64,000 bases of DNA from Chloroflexota bacterium (lineage in GTDB: Bacteria > Chloroflexota > UBA11872 > VXOZ01): the NCBI GenBank assembly GCA_965221905.1, contig OZ244922.1, positions 64,001 to 128,000 on the forward strand, given 5' to 3'. How positions within the stretch are numbered: the first letter of the stretch is position 1; each line of letters starts with the position of its first letter. The notes beneath the pieces are model-generated. The model was not told where the DNA came from. It searched no databases and saw only the letters and a list, made by a program, of their open reading frames with translations. A program made the translations under genes and the position numbers. Below are positions 8,183 through 18,902 of the stretch, piece by piece.

Positions 8183-10540
8183 ATGGCAACCCGTCGTAGC
8201 ACCGCAAGTCAAAAGCCGTCTTCGCGTCAGTCCGGCCTGCCTCTTCCCTCGCTGCGCCTGCCTTCGCCGCTGCGGCGCGAAGTGTTTGGGGTAATGAGTA
8301 TCGTCATCGGCTTGCTTTCGGTCATTGCGCTTCTCTCGCCCAGCGGCACGGTGAGCGGCTGGTGGAACGGTCTGCTCGTCGACCTCTTCGGCTGGATGGC
8401 GCCGCTGCCCGCGCTCGCCTTTATCGCGCTCGGCATTCAACTCATCCGCGACGGCATCACCCAGGAACGCTATGTCCGCTGGGAAACCCTGACCGCGCTG
8501 GCAGTACTCGTGCTCGCCTCCACGGCCTTTGCGCAGTCGGTAGCCGGTCGGCCGGAGATGGCAGAAGCGTATCCTGTCGGCGGCGCGATCGGCTTGCAAA
8601 TCCTAGAGCCGCTCACGACCGCACTGGGGTTTGCGGGAGCAGTGATCGTCCTCTTTGCCATGATGCTTATAACGACAATCATCACCTTTTCGATCTCTCT
8701 CGGCCGCATACGCAGCGTGTTGGGCGGATGCTGGACGTTGCTGCGGCTGGCGGGTAAGGGTGTGGCTGCGCTCTTCGGGGCGGCCAGCGGCGCGTATCGC
8801 TCCATTGGGGAGCGCGCGGCGGAGCCCGAGCAGGAAGAGGCGCCGCAGCCGCGTACGCTCAACGTACGCGTCGCCACCAACGTCAACGCTACCAATGGCA
8901 GCGCAGCGCCTGCATTGTCCCCAATGGAGGCCATTGTACCGAGTCCGGCCGATGCCGCCGACTCCACAGAAACGCTAGACGATGACGTGGACGCGGATTC
9001 TGAATTGGCTATGGGAATGGAAGCGAATGAGCCCAACGCGCCGCCGCGCTGGCAATTGCCGCCGCCTGAATTGCTCACACCTGCCAATCCCACGCACGAT
9101 GCGGAAGAAGCAACCCAGGAGATCGAGCAGCGGGCGCTCATCATCGAGGAAGCCTTGCGCAGTTTTAAGGTCGTGGCAGAAGTTGCCGAAGCCATCCGAG
9201 GCCCGGCCGTTACCCAATACCGCCTGACTCTCGGTCAGGGCATCAAGGTGAGCCGGGTGGTGAACCTCGCCAATGACCTGGCGCTCGCCCTCGCCGCGAC
9301 GAGTGTGCGCATCGAAGCGCCGGTGCCCGGCTTCCCGTACGTCGGCATCGAGATTCCCAACCAGAACACCACCATCGTCACGATGCGGGAATTCATGACC
9401 GATCCCGCCTTCGCGGAGCACAAGGGCGAGCTGCTGCTGGCGCTGGGGCGCGACGTCGCTAACGACGTCCGGGTCACGGACCTCTCCTCCATGCCGCACC
9501 TGCTGATTGCCGGTGCCACAGGTTCGGGCAAGTCGGCGTGCGTGAACGCTATAATCTGCTCGCTGCTCATGCAGCACACGCCGGAGATGCTGCGCTTCCT
9601 GGTGGTCGACCCCAAGATGGTGGAGATGATCGGCTATAGCGACATTCCGCACCTACTGCGCCCCGTTATCACAGACCTGGACGAGGTGGTGCCGACGCTC
9701 ATGTGGGCCGCCGACGAGATGACGCGGCGCTACAAAGTGTTAGCCCAGGAAGGCTTCCGCAACATTCAGACCTACAACACCGCCAAGCGCGAGGCCGGCG
9801 AAGAGCCCATGTACTACCTCGTCATTCTGATTGACGAGCTCGCCGACCTCATGATGACGGCGGCCGGTGACGTGGAGAAGTACCTCTGCCGCCTGGCGCA
9901 GATGGCGCGCGCCGTGGGCATCCACCTGGTGGTTTCGACACAGCGCCCGTCGGTGGACGTGCTTACCGGTCTCATCAAGGCCAACTTCCCCTGCCGCATC
10001 GCTTTTGCCGTCAGTTCACAGGCCGATTCGCGCACTATTCTCGACCGCGCGGGCGCGGAAAAGCTCATCGGCCAGGGCGACATGCTCTTTGCGCCGAAAG
10101 AAGCCACCCGCCTCACCCGCATTCAGGGCACCTTCCTCGCCGACGACGAGATTAACCGCATTGTGGCATTCTGGCGCGAGCAGGGAGCGCCGGAGTACAT
10201 TCCGGAGAAGACCTTCGAGGAAGCCGTGGCCAACCACGCTGACAATAAGGACGACGATCTGGTGCGGCAGGCCATCCGGCTGGTCTCCCAATACGATAAC
10301 GCTTCGGCATCCTTCCTCCAACGGCAGCTTGGCATCGGCGCCACCAAGGCAAACCGCATCCTGGATACGCTCGAGGAACGCGGTGTCGTCACCCCACCGG
10401 AAGGCTTGGGCCGTGTGCGCCATGTGCTCGTTACCGCCGGCGACTTGCTGGAAGACGACAGCGAACCTCCACCCTTCGACTTGGACGACGAAGAGACCGC
10501 CGACGAGAAGGACGAGGAGTTCTCCCGCTTCCCGGCGTAG
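8183..10540 (+). CDS. ftsK: DNA translocase FtsK/SpoIIIE
   Basis: N-terminal TM domain, MPHLLIAGATGSGKS, DPKMVE, IDELADLM, TQRPSVDV, C-terminal gamma domain (SASFLQRQL); start 8168 or 8183. Confidence 0.95.
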   Translation: MATRRSTASQKPSSRQSGLPLPSLRLPSPLRREVFGVMSIVIGLLSVIALLSPSGTVSGWWNGLLVDLFGWMAPLPALAFIALGIQLIRDGITQERYVRWETLTALAVLVLASTAFAQSVAGRPEMAEAYPVGGAIGLQILEPLTTALGFAGAVIVLFAMMLITTIITFSISLGRIRSVLGGCWTLLRLAGKGVAALFGAASGAYRSIGERAAEPEQEEAPQPRTLNVRVATNVNATNGSAAPALSPMEAIVPSPADAADSTETLDDDVDADSELAMGMEANEPNAPPRWQLPPPELLTPANPTHDAEEATQEIEQRALIIEEALRSFKVVAEVAEAIRGPAVTQYRLTLGQGIKVSRVVNLANDLALALAATSVRIEAPVPGFPYVGIEIPNQNTTIVTMREFMTDPAFAEHKGELLLALGRDVANDVRVTDLSSMPHLLIAGATGSGKSACVNAIICSLLMQHTPEMLRFLVVDPKMVEMIGYSDIPHLLRPVITDLDEVVPTLMWAADEMTRRYKVLAQEGFRNIQTYNTAKREAGEEPMYYLVILIDELADLMMTAAGDVEKYLCRLAQMARAVGIHLVVSTQRPSVDVLTGLIKANFPCRIAFAVSSQADSRTILDRAGAEKLIGQGDMLFAPKEATRLTRIQGTFLADDEINRIVAFWREQGAPEYIPEKTFEEAVANHADNKDDDLVRQAIRLVSQYDNASASFLQRQLGIGATKANRILDTLEERGVVTPPEGLGRVRHVLVTAGDLLEDDSEPPPFDLDDEETADEKDEEFSRFPA

Positions 10541-10690
10541 GAAGAATCTCTGCGCGAGCGGAGCGCAGGGAAGTTATAATCTAGGTAGCATTCAATTAGC
10601 TGGACGTGCTTGATTGTCGGCACGTGATGAATTTTCGCTGCCAAGGGTGTTTAGCAGTTCTTGGCTGCGGAACCTACGGGTGAGAATCCG

Positions 10691-11947
10691 GTGAAGTACT
10701 CACGCATTGCGGTGACAGGATTTGGGGCGGTGACCCCGTTGGGGACGAGCGTCGCGGAGTCGTGGGACAACCTCTGCGCGGGAGTTTCCGGCGCCGGTCA
10801 CACTAAAACCTACGATGCGACGGACTTCCCGGTAAAGATATCCTGCGAGTTAGACGGGTTTGATCCGAATGTGGTCTTCAAAGGCCTGCCGCGCCGTATC
10901 TACAACGACGCGCGCCGCCAGGACCGGACGCACCAGTATGCGTTAGCTGCTTCCCTGGAAGCAATCTCGGATTCCGGTTTGCCGCTGCCCTTGCCCGAAG
11001 AGTTGCAATTCCGCTGCGGCGTAGTCTCCGGTAATTGCCTTGGCGGCGCTCGCACAGTGGAGCAGGCCTCCCAGCGTACTGGTCGCGGCGAATTCGCGTC
11101 GTTCCTGCCCAGCGAGGTGCTGCGCATCATGCCCAACGCCGCCACCGCGCTCATCGCGGCGGCTTTTCGCGCGCGCGGCCCAAACTTCACGCCCGCCGTC
11201 GCCTGCGCCACCGGCACAATCGCCGTGGGCGAGGCCATGTGGATGCTGCAAACCGAACGCGCCGACATCATGGTGGCCTGCGGTTCCGATGGCGTAATTG
11301 TGCCCACGATTACGGCGATTTTTGCGGCACGCGGCGGGCCCATCAGCCGCCGGAACGACGATCCCCAGCACGCCAGCCGCCCGGCCGACGTGGACCGGGA
11401 CGGTTTTGTGATGGGTGAAGGGGGCGCCGCGTTGATTTTGGAGCGGGAAGCCGATGCCAAGGCCCGCGGCGCGCACATCCTTGCGTACATTGTTGGCTAC
11501 GGCTGCACGAACGGCACCGGCGGACGCACAGAGCCGGACGGCGACGCCCAGGTGCAGACCATGAAGATCGCGTTGGAAATGGCAGGCCTGGCGGCTGCAG
11601 ACATCGACGCCATCAACCCGCACATGACCTCAACCGTGGTCGGCGATCGCGTTGAAGCGGCCGCCCTGCAAGAGATGTTTGGCGATAAGCCGTACGTCTC
11701 GGCGACGAAGTCCAGCACCGGGCACATGCTCGCTGCCGCAGGCGCGTTCGAGGCGGTCGCCTGCGTTAAGATGCTGCAGGAGCAGAAGGTGCCCGCGGCT
11801 ATCAATACCGAGACCATCGACCCGGATTGCACCGGCATCAACTACGTGCTCGGCGAGACTATCGACGCCCCCCTGCAATTCGTGCTCTCCAACTCCTTCG
11901 GCTTCGGCGACCACAACGCCACGCTCATCTTCCAACGGGCAGGCTGA
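10691..11947 (+). CDS. fabF: beta-ketoacyl-ACP synthase II-like protein (divergent FabF family)
   Basis: TGFGAVTPLG, ACATG (Cys), DGFVMGEG, NPHMTST (His), KSSTGH (His), SNSFGFG; GTG start inferred. Confidence 0.8.
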   Translation: MKYSRIAVTGFGAVTPLGTSVAESWDNLCAGVSGAGHTKTYDATDFPVKISCELDGFDPNVVFKGLPRRIYNDARRQDRTHQYALAASLEAISDSGLPLPLPEELQFRCGVVSGNCLGGARTVEQASQRTGRGEFASFLPSEVLRIMPNAATALIAAAFRARGPNFTPAVACATGTIAVGEAMWMLQTERADIMVACGSDGVIVPTITAIFAARGGPISRRNDDPQHASRPADVDRDGFVMGEGGAALILEREADAKARGAHILAYIVGYGCTNGTGGRTEPDGDAQVQTMKIALEMAGLAAADIDAINPHMTSTVVGDRVEAAALQEMFGDKPYVSATKSSTGHMLAAAGAFEAVACVKMLQEQKVPAAINTETIDPDCTGINYVLGETIDAPLQFVLSNSFGFGDHNATLIFQRAG

Positions 11948-11990
11948 GGGGCATGAAGGGACCTCATGTCATTTGGATGTTGCTCCTGAT

Positions 11991-12017
11991 TGTCATTCCG
12001 AGCGAAGCGAGGAATCT
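11991..12017. repeat. Family C repeat (TGTCATTCCGAGCGMAGCGAGGAATCT)
   Basis: Other copies at 18452-18497, 18539-18575 (reverse), 21434-21460 and 55815-55841 (reverse). Confidence 0.85.
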
Positions 12018-12211
12018 AGAATGTCACGTTTAGTTGTCTACGCCGCTTCGCTCCCGATAATGGCAGAACTAGCAGCGCGACTTCTTTCCACCTTTCTCGT
12101 GACTCGAGCGCCAAGGCCGCCTAAGCTGGCCGGACTTCATGCTGCCAAGCAGATCACTGCGTCCCTCATGCCATTCCCCGCTCTATTTGACAACAAGCCC
12201 CACCAAGAATC

Positions 12212-13282
12212 ATGAAGGTCGTTCAAGTTTCACCGGCGTTCTTTGGCGCCGACGGCGTGGTGGGTGGCGGCGAGCGCTACCCGCTGGAGTTAGCCAAAGC
12301 GCTGGCGGCGCTGACGCCGACCACGCTGATCTCTTTCGCGCGGCAGCCCCGGCGTTTTCGCGACGGCGAACTCGACGTGCGGCTCTTTCGTCCATGGGGG
12401 TACGTGCGGGGCAAGGAGACCAATCCCTTCAGTCTCGCCTGGCTGCCGACGCTACTAAACGCTAACGTGGTGCACGTGCACCAGTACCGTACTGCCGCCG
12501 CCAATCTCGGCATCGGCGTGGGCAGCCTCCTCGGCAAGCGCAACTACGTGACCGATGAGGGTGGCGGCGGGCATCACTGGGGCAACCGTCTGCGCTTAGG
12601 CCGTCGGGTTGATGCACATCTGGCGATTTCGCAGTTTTCGGCCACTACCTTGCCCGAGGTGGGCCAAGAGAAGATCGTCATTTACGGCGGCGTGGACACA
12701 AGCCGCTACGTGCCTGCCGAAACCACCGTGGCGAATCGGGTAGTCTCCGTGGGGCGTATTCTGCCGCACAAGGGGTTCGACGTGCTTTTGCAGGCTGCGC
12801 GCCCGCATTGGAACGTCCACGTCGTGGGTACCGTATACCACGACGCCTACTTCGCCCATCTTCAGCAAATTGCGGCGGCACGGAACCTGGATGTAACGTT
12901 CCACACGAGTGCCAACGACGCCAGTGTGCTCAGCCTCTACCAGAGTGCAGCCGTGGTAGCAACGCCCTCTGTGTATAAAGACATGTACGGCAAGGAACAA
13001 CCCTACACCGAATTGCTCGGCCTCACCTCGCTGGAAGCAATGGCCTGCGGCGTCCCTGTCGTTGTCTCAAACGCGGGCAGCCTGCCTGAAATCGTGAGTG
13101 CCGGGGAAACCGGCTACATCGTCCCTCCCGGCGACACGGCGGCATTGAGGGAGATGATCGACCGGCTTCTCGCCGACCCGGCGGAGCGCAACCGGCTCGG
13201 TGCGAACGCGCGCGCCGTCGTTGAGGAGCGCTTTACCTGGCACAAAACCGCGCTCCGCTGCCTTGAAGTCTATTGTCGATAG
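12212..13282 (+). CDS. glycosyltransferase family 4 (GT-B)
   Basis: GGGERY, VGRILPHKG, ELLGLTSLEAMACGVPVV. Confidence 0.92.
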   Translation: MKVVQVSPAFFGADGVVGGGERYPLELAKALAALTPTTLISFARQPRRFRDGELDVRLFRPWGYVRGKETNPFSLAWLPTLLNANVVHVHQYRTAAANLGIGVGSLLGKRNYVTDEGGGGHHWGNRLRLGRRVDAHLAISQFSATTLPEVGQEKIVIYGGVDTSRYVPAETTVANRVVSVGRILPHKGFDVLLQAARPHWNVHVVGTVYHDAYFAHLQQIAAARNLDVTFHTSANDASVLSLYQSAAVVATPSVYKDMYGKEQPYTELLGLTSLEAMACGVPVVVSNAGSLPEIVSAGETGYIVPPGDTAALREMIDRLLADPAERNRLGANARAVVEERFTWHKTALRCLEVYCR

Positions 13283-13446
13283 GCACAAGGTCCAGTTACG
13301 AGGAAGACAGGTGCAGGTTGCAGTCCTGTCCCTGCGGGCAATCCGATCGGATAATCTGCCGTTGAATGGGCGTGGGCTATTGCGCCGAGACTGCCTCAAG
13401 CCTTTTCCCACATCAGGTCAAGATGCTTCCGTAGTATCGATGCAGT

Positions 13447-13872
13447 TCAAGAAAACGATACGCAGGCCGTGCGTACGACTCGCAGCACGGACTCTTGGCC
13501 GAAGCGCGTTTCGTATTCTTGTGAGATTTCGTCGGTCAGGCGCATCCCTTCCTCGCCGGGCGATGTCAGGATGATCAAGACCTTGGAGCGCTCGCGCAGG
13601 ATGGCTCCGGCAGAGTCCCGCCACTGTCCCGCGCCGTCAACTACGGTCAACCCGTCGGGGAATCTGGGTGTAACCGTATCCGCCAGGAAGGCGGCCCACG
13701 CTTCGTCACTTACCACCTCGCCGCCGGCGTTACTGCGGCCAAAGAAGAGCTGATATTCAGCAAAGGCGTCCGTGCCTTCCGGGCAGGACGACACGGCATA
13801 GCCACCGCAGCCTGCTAGGATGAAGCCCGCGACCAATAGGACAATAACAGCCGGCAATCGGCGCACCGGCAT
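13447..13872 (-). CDS. DUF3574-like lipoprotein
   Basis: Lipobox LAGC; LFFGR, F...VTPRFPDGLTV.DG.GQWR, RE.SK, F.QESVL. Confidence 0.8.
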   Translation of the reverse strand: MPVRRLPAVIVLLVAGFILAGCGGYAVSSCPEGTDAFAEYQLFFGRSNAGGEVVSDEAWAAFLADTVTPRFPDGLTVVDGAGQWRDSAGAILRERSKVLIILTSPGEEGMRLTDEISQEYETRFGQESVLRVVRTACVSFS

Positions 13873-14293
13873 TCCTCCAGTAGCTGCATTTCTCGCTCAA
13901 CCTGCACCCGCGCGAAACATTCTACGCCGCGGCAAACGCTGATTCCCTTGGATTCTTGTAGGACGATGGTGCAATTCACGCGGGGCGTGCCCTACGCATG
14001 CGAACCACAAAAGAATACGCCCATGGGCCGCGATTAGCGCTTGTATGGCGTGTGTGCGGATACACAGCGCTCATTTTGGACAGTATACTGCACGCAGGCA
14101 TGCCTAACATGGTCGGCAGCATGTTGATGGTATTAGGAAGGAAGGCCACGCCTAAACCACCGGCCATCGCCGCGGTAACCGCTTGTGCATTGTCTGCAAT
14201 CTATCAAGGCGATGCTCCGTGGAGACCTTCCACGTGATCGAGCACACGTTAACCGAGTGGAGCGAACGCACGAAGAGAGGAACGACTACGCTC

Positions 14294-16234
14294 ATGTCAC
14301 CCCAAACCAGTGAGAACACCGCAATGCCTACAGCGCGAATCTTCGAGGATTCCAGTGCCTGGATCAGGGGCATCACCCGCGCCTGGCAGCTCTTGCCGCC
14401 GGTTGACATGGAGGCCGTGATCACGCCGAACGAGGTCGAGGCGGCCAGCGGCCACACCTTTGTCATAACGCTCACGATGGGTGCCGGACTCCTCCTGCCC
14501 GCAGGCGCTCACATCACCGTCGAAGTGCCGGAATGCTGGGATTGCCACCTGGGCAACTGCTTTCGCCGGGGCGTTCACACCCTCGGCAACCGCGACCAAG
14601 TCCGCGCGGGCTACGGCGCATACGTGGACGTCGAGTGTTCGAACCCCGTTGTGCAACTCGCCCACGCTGCCTCCTGGGGCCGCCATCTGGACCTCTTGGA
14701 CATTGCGGTGCAGGCCGGCACGCTGCAGCCGGGAGACGAGGTGCGCGTAATCATCGGGCCGCCTGACGGCAATCTCTTGCAGGCGCAGAAGTTCGCTCAA
14801 ACGGCGGTCTTTAGTATCGGAGTAGATGCGGACGGCAGCGGGGAGTACCGCCAGATTGCTGCGTTCCCCACAGTGAACGTGGTGGGCGCGCATGAAGCCG
14901 ACCGTTTTCGCGTCTTTGCTCCTGCCGTGGTGCAGCCGGGCGAGGCGTTTAACGTGCGCGTGCTGCCGGTAGATATCTACAGCTTCAACCCCGCTACAAA
15001 CTACGCCGGTGAGGCGCAGGTGTTTGCATCGGACGGATTAGAGAGTGCAGAACGTCTACGGTTCGATGGCGCTGGTGAACAACCCGCCGGTGAGTGTCTG
15101 ACGGCCACCGCCAAAACTAGCGGCGTGCACACGCTCAGCGTCTTCGATCCCAAGACCGGGATTTCCGGTAAGAGCAATCCTATCGGCGTCGGCTTCCTGC
15201 CCGAAGGCGGTATCTACTTTGGCGAGATGCACAGTCAAATGTGGCTGAGCATGGGCACGGGCACCACGGCGGAGTTCTTTGCTTGGGGCCGCGACGTTGC
15301 CGGCCTCGACTTCTGCGCGCCTGCGAATCACTACAACTGGCGTTATGAGGTCACGCCGGAGATTTGGCAGGATCTCGTGGACGACTGCAACCGCTTCAAC
15401 GCGCCCGGTAGCTTTGTCGCTCTGGTCAGCTTCGAATGGGGCGGCAGCGGCGGCAGCGGACACAAGAATATCTACTACCGAGGCGATAGCGGTCCGTTCC
15501 ACTATTGGTACCGGGGCCAGCACCGAAATCCCACGGCGCTCTGGCAAGACATGGCCGACAGAGGTCTGGAGGCGCTCACCGTGCCCCACCACCCCAAGGC
15601 CGCCGGCGGCGTGGACTGGAGTTTTCGCAACGACCGCTACCAGCGCTTGGTGGAGATTTGCTCCAAGTGGGATATTGCGGAAGAGGCCGGACCGCTCAGC
15701 GTGCAAGCGGCGCTGGCGATGGGTCACCGTCTGGGGTTCGTCGGCGGCACGGACAGCCACTACGGCCTGGCAAACCAGGGCAGTTACCACGTGAACGACG
15801 GCAACGGCCTGGCCTGCGTGGTGGCGCCGGAACTGACGCGCGAGGCTATCTGGCAGGCGCTCTACGACCGCCGCTGTTACGCCACTACCGGCGACCGCAT
15901 CCTGCTCGACTTCACCATCGACGGCAAGCCCATGGGAAGCGACAACCCCGCCGACCTGCGTAGCGTGGGGCCGCGGCACGTGCGCATGCGCGCGGCGGGC
16001 ACGGCCTCCTTTACACGCGTCGAAGTAATCCGCAACAACCAGGTGGTCTTCAGCGCAGACCCGCAGCACGACGTCTGGGAGGACGAGTGGACCGACACCG
16101 CCAACCTAGCCGACGCGGCCTTTGCGCCCACGTACCCCGACGACCGACCGTTCGTCTACTACTACCTGCGCGTCATCCAAGCCAACCGCCAACGAGCATG
16201 GAGCAGCCCGATCTGGTTCACGCAAGCGGAGTGA
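14294..16234 (+). CDS. DUF3604/PHP-like metallo-hydrolase domain protein
   Basis: FGEMHSQ, GLDF...NH, FEW, GHKNIYY, VPHH, GFVGGTDSH, RRCYATTG.RI, YYLRV.Q...AWSSPIW; start uncertain (14294 or 14324). Confidence 0.75.
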   Translation: MSPQTSENTAMPTARIFEDSSAWIRGITRAWQLLPPVDMEAVITPNEVEAASGHTFVITLTMGAGLLLPAGAHITVEVPECWDCHLGNCFRRGVHTLGNRDQVRAGYGAYVDVECSNPVVQLAHAASWGRHLDLLDIAVQAGTLQPGDEVRVIIGPPDGNLLQAQKFAQTAVFSIGVDADGSGEYRQIAAFPTVNVVGAHEADRFRVFAPAVVQPGEAFNVRVLPVDIYSFNPATNYAGEAQVFASDGLESAERLRFDGAGEQPAGECLTATAKTSGVHTLSVFDPKTGISGKSNPIGVGFLPEGGIYFGEMHSQMWLSMGTGTTAEFFAWGRDVAGLDFCAPANHYNWRYEVTPEIWQDLVDDCNRFNAPGSFVALVSFEWGGSGGSGHKNIYYRGDSGPFHYWYRGQHRNPTALWQDMADRGLEALTVPHHPKAAGGVDWSFRNDRYQRLVEICSKWDIAEEAGPLSVQAALAMGHRLGFVGGTDSHYGLANQGSYHVNDGNGLACVVAPELTREAIWQALYDRRCYATTGDRILLDFTIDGKPMGSDNPADLRSVGPRHVRMRAAGTASFTRVEVIRNNQVVFSADPQHDVWEDEWTDTANLADAAFAPTYPDDRPFVYYYLRVIQANRQRAWSSPIWFTQAE

Positions 16235-16362
16235 GACCCATAGCAGGCTCGAAGGTGGAGTGACCTGAGGAAATCCAAAGAGACCCAGAGAGAACGTAGC
16301 AATTGTGCAAAGGTCACCAAAGTGAGCGGACTGTCAACAGATCCTTCCGCAAGGTCCACTGC

Positions 16363-17181
16363 TTATTCGGGTGTGCGCTGTAGTGCTTCTTCCACGCGGC
16401 GGAGGGATTGTTGGGTTGTGCGCAGTTCCTGGAGCAGTTCTTCCCTGGATGCGGGCATTTCCGGCGTGCGCAGGCGTTCTCGCTTGACTTCGTCAAAGCT
16501 GCCCATCACAACGGCAATGAACAGATTGGCCCCGATGAACGTGGAGATTATTACAAAGCTGACGAAATAGACCCAGGCGAACGGCGCAAACTTGAGGGCG
16601 GTTTGCATGATTTCGGACCAGCCATCCATCGTCAGCACCTGAAAGAGCGATAGGATGGCATTGCCCAGCGTTCCCCAGTGTTCCGGGTCGTGCTCCTTGA
16701 GGAGACTATGCCCGTAAACGGCATACAGATAGATTACGATGCACAACAAGATTAGAATGTGCGCCATTTCCGGAATGGCGCGAAACATAGTCGTGATAAT
16801 TAGGCGCATCGCCTTGATGGTCGTCAAGCCCTGGAGCAGCCGCAGCAGGCGCACGACGATGATGAGTAGCGCGAATTCGGCGGCAAACTCAAAGACTGCA
16901 ATACCGCCTATGATTGCAGTGATTACGAGGAAGTCAAAGACGTTCCAGGGCTCCCTAAAATACCGGTCTATCCTTGGCGCGACCGCGAGTATTTTGAGAA
17001 ACACTTCCAGCACGAGCACGAGCAGCATGAGAATGACGAACAGGCCTATCCAGACTTCATACTGTTCAAGTAGGACGTCAGAAGTAGCCACCCCGTGCAA
17101 AATCGAGGTGCCGACAATGAGCAAGACGAGGAAATATTCGAACTTCCGAGCGTGTACGATACGGTGCGCTAACTTTCGCAT
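16363..17181 (-). CDS. BacNav-like six-TM cation channel (ion transporter)
   Basis: WNVFDF in S3, short S4 RLLRLL, pore LFQVLTMDGWSEIM, S6 NLFIAVV, C-terminal coiled coil. Confidence 0.9.
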   Translation of the reverse strand: MRKLAHRIVHARKFEYFLVLLIVGTSILHGVATSDVLLEQYEVWIGLFVILMLLVLVLEVFLKILAVAPRIDRYFREPWNVFDFLVITAIIGGIAVFEFAAEFALLIIVVRLLRLLQGLTTIKAMRLIITTMFRAIPEMAHILILLCIVIYLYAVYGHSLLKEHDPEHWGTLGNAILSLFQVLTMDGWSEIMQTALKFAPFAWVYFVSFVIISTFIGANLFIAVVMGSFDEVKRERLRTPEMPASREELLQELRTTQQSLRRVEEALQRTPE

Positions 17182-17388
17182 GCCTTCGTTCCTCCTTGTG
17201 GCAAGATAAACGCTATCGGGCTAGTCGTTTGTCACCATTATAGTGATGACTACACCGATTTCAATTTGATGGGTGCGTCTTAGCAATAGAAGCGCCGGTC
17301 GGCTCGTTCGAGGAAATCCACCAGGGTCACCGTTGGTGTGGTGAAGAGCGTCAAGTAAACGCAAGATAAGGTAACGAGAGCGCATGGT

Positions 17389-18267
17389 ATGAGTCGACGA
17401 GCGTTGCGCAAGCAGCTTATCGAGGCGATCGAGCTGGGGGACATGACCCGCGTCGCCGAGATTGCGGCAACTGACTCTACGATTGTCAACGCGGCGAACT
17501 CGCACGGTCACGTGCCTCTTGGCGCTGCGATTGGCACCGGCTGCCTCGATCGCGTCAAGCTGCTGGTTGCCCTGGGCGCGGATCCGCATTACAGCCATCA
17601 TGGAAGGACCCTGCTGGATGCGGCGGCCTATGCCGGCCATGTGGGGATATTTCGCTATCTCGTTTCGTTCGACATGCAACCGACCGTACACCATGCCGCA
17701 GCCATCGGCGACATTCCCCTGCTGGAGCGGATGCTAGCGGTAAGTCCGGCCTTGCGCGGACCCACGGCGGCGGGAGGCCGCTGGCGCATTACGCCGCTGC
17801 ACGCGGCGGTAATTGCGGGCAACGGCAAATCCGTCGCCTTCCTGCTTGGGCAAGACGTGCCCGTGGACGCACAGAACCACAACGGCCACACCGCGCTGGC
17901 ACTGATCGCAGAGTATCCCGCAATGGAAGTCCGCGCACCTATTGCCAATCTGCTGCTGTCCCACGGTGCGAACGTCAATGCGGCCGCGGGGCATCATGGC
18001 GGTACCGTGCTCCACCGGGCCGTAATACACGGCGACATCGCATTGGCGGGATTGCTGCTGGAACATAGTGCTGATCCGGACCGTCAGGATTGGTCGGGCA
18101 AGACGCCCCTCCATCATGCGGTGACAAAGAATCGGAAGCTCGTCGAGTTACTGCTGGCGCATGCGCCAAATCTTGCAGCCACATCACGCGACGGAGAAAC
18201 CCCCTTGGAGTATGCCCGGCGCTTGAAGAAACGGACAATCGTACGCCTGCTTGAAGGAACGCCGTAA
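17389..18267 (+). CDS. ankyrin repeat protein
   Basis: Repeated TPLH/TAL/TVLH..A...G...V..LL..GAD/NVN motifs. Confidence 0.92.
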   Translation: MSRRALRKQLIEAIELGDMTRVAEIAATDSTIVNAANSHGHVPLGAAIGTGCLDRVKLLVALGADPHYSHHGRTLLDAAAYAGHVGIFRYLVSFDMQPTVHHAAAIGDIPLLERMLAVSPALRGPTAAGGRWRITPLHAAVIAGNGKSVAFLLGQDVPVDAQNHNGHTALALIAEYPAMEVRAPIANLLLSHGANVNAAAGHHGGTVLHRAVIHGDIALAGLLLEHSADPDRQDWSGKTPLHHAVTKNRKLVELLLAHAPNLAATSRDGETPLEYARRLKKRTIVRLLEGTP

Positions 18268-18451
18268 CTGCGCGGGCAACATATTCATCCTTGTTCCACC
18301 CGATTGGCAAGGTAGCCTACGCTGAGTCGACAAACTAGAGGAGTTGCCTGCAGTCGCTTTGAAAACAAGCATCACTCTAACCGTCATTCCATTAAGTGTT
18401 GAATAGTTCGTTGACAGAATTCGCTTTCCACTGGGCGGTGTTGACCGGTTA

Positions 18452-18671
18452 TGTCATTCCGAGCGAAGCGGCCCCGTGCGAAACACGGGGAGGAATCTGG
18501 AGTCCATGTCGCGCCTAGTCCAATAGGCTCACCATCTTAGATTCCTCTCTGCGCTGCGCTCCGATCGGAATGACATGTGCATAAGGCTTGCACACCATTA
18601 CGGAAAACGTGACATGTGTATAAGGTATGCACGCCGCTCCGCCTATCTTCTCTGCGTGCGCGGGAATGACG
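18452..18671. repeat. Inverted pair of family C repeats (18452-18575, left copy with hairpin insert) plus partial D copy
   Basis: tgtcattccgagcgaagc[ggccccgtgcgaaacacggg]gaggaatct ... agattcctc...cggaatgaca. Confidence 0.75.
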
Positions 18672-18902
18672 GCTACGGCTTCGCCACTCGTGGGGGATAA
18701 ACGCCCGCGCCATGGGCTACCGGGCAATCGCAGGATCGCCGAGGCGCCGAGTGGAGAATAGGCGCTTTAGAAACCTCTGCCGAGCAGGACCATCCCCGTG
18801 TTAGAGGTGGAGCCCCGGCTTTCGCCCCGTGGGATGGTATGGTAAAATGCTCATAGTTCTTTAGACACTAGTCCGCTTTGACTGATTCCCACTACCCCTG
18901 GA

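Noticed and set aside
18809-18836. IS200/IS605-like end (gagccccggctttcgccccgtggga)
   Set aside because: Weak resemblance, single copy, and no tnpA or tnpB remnant adjacent.
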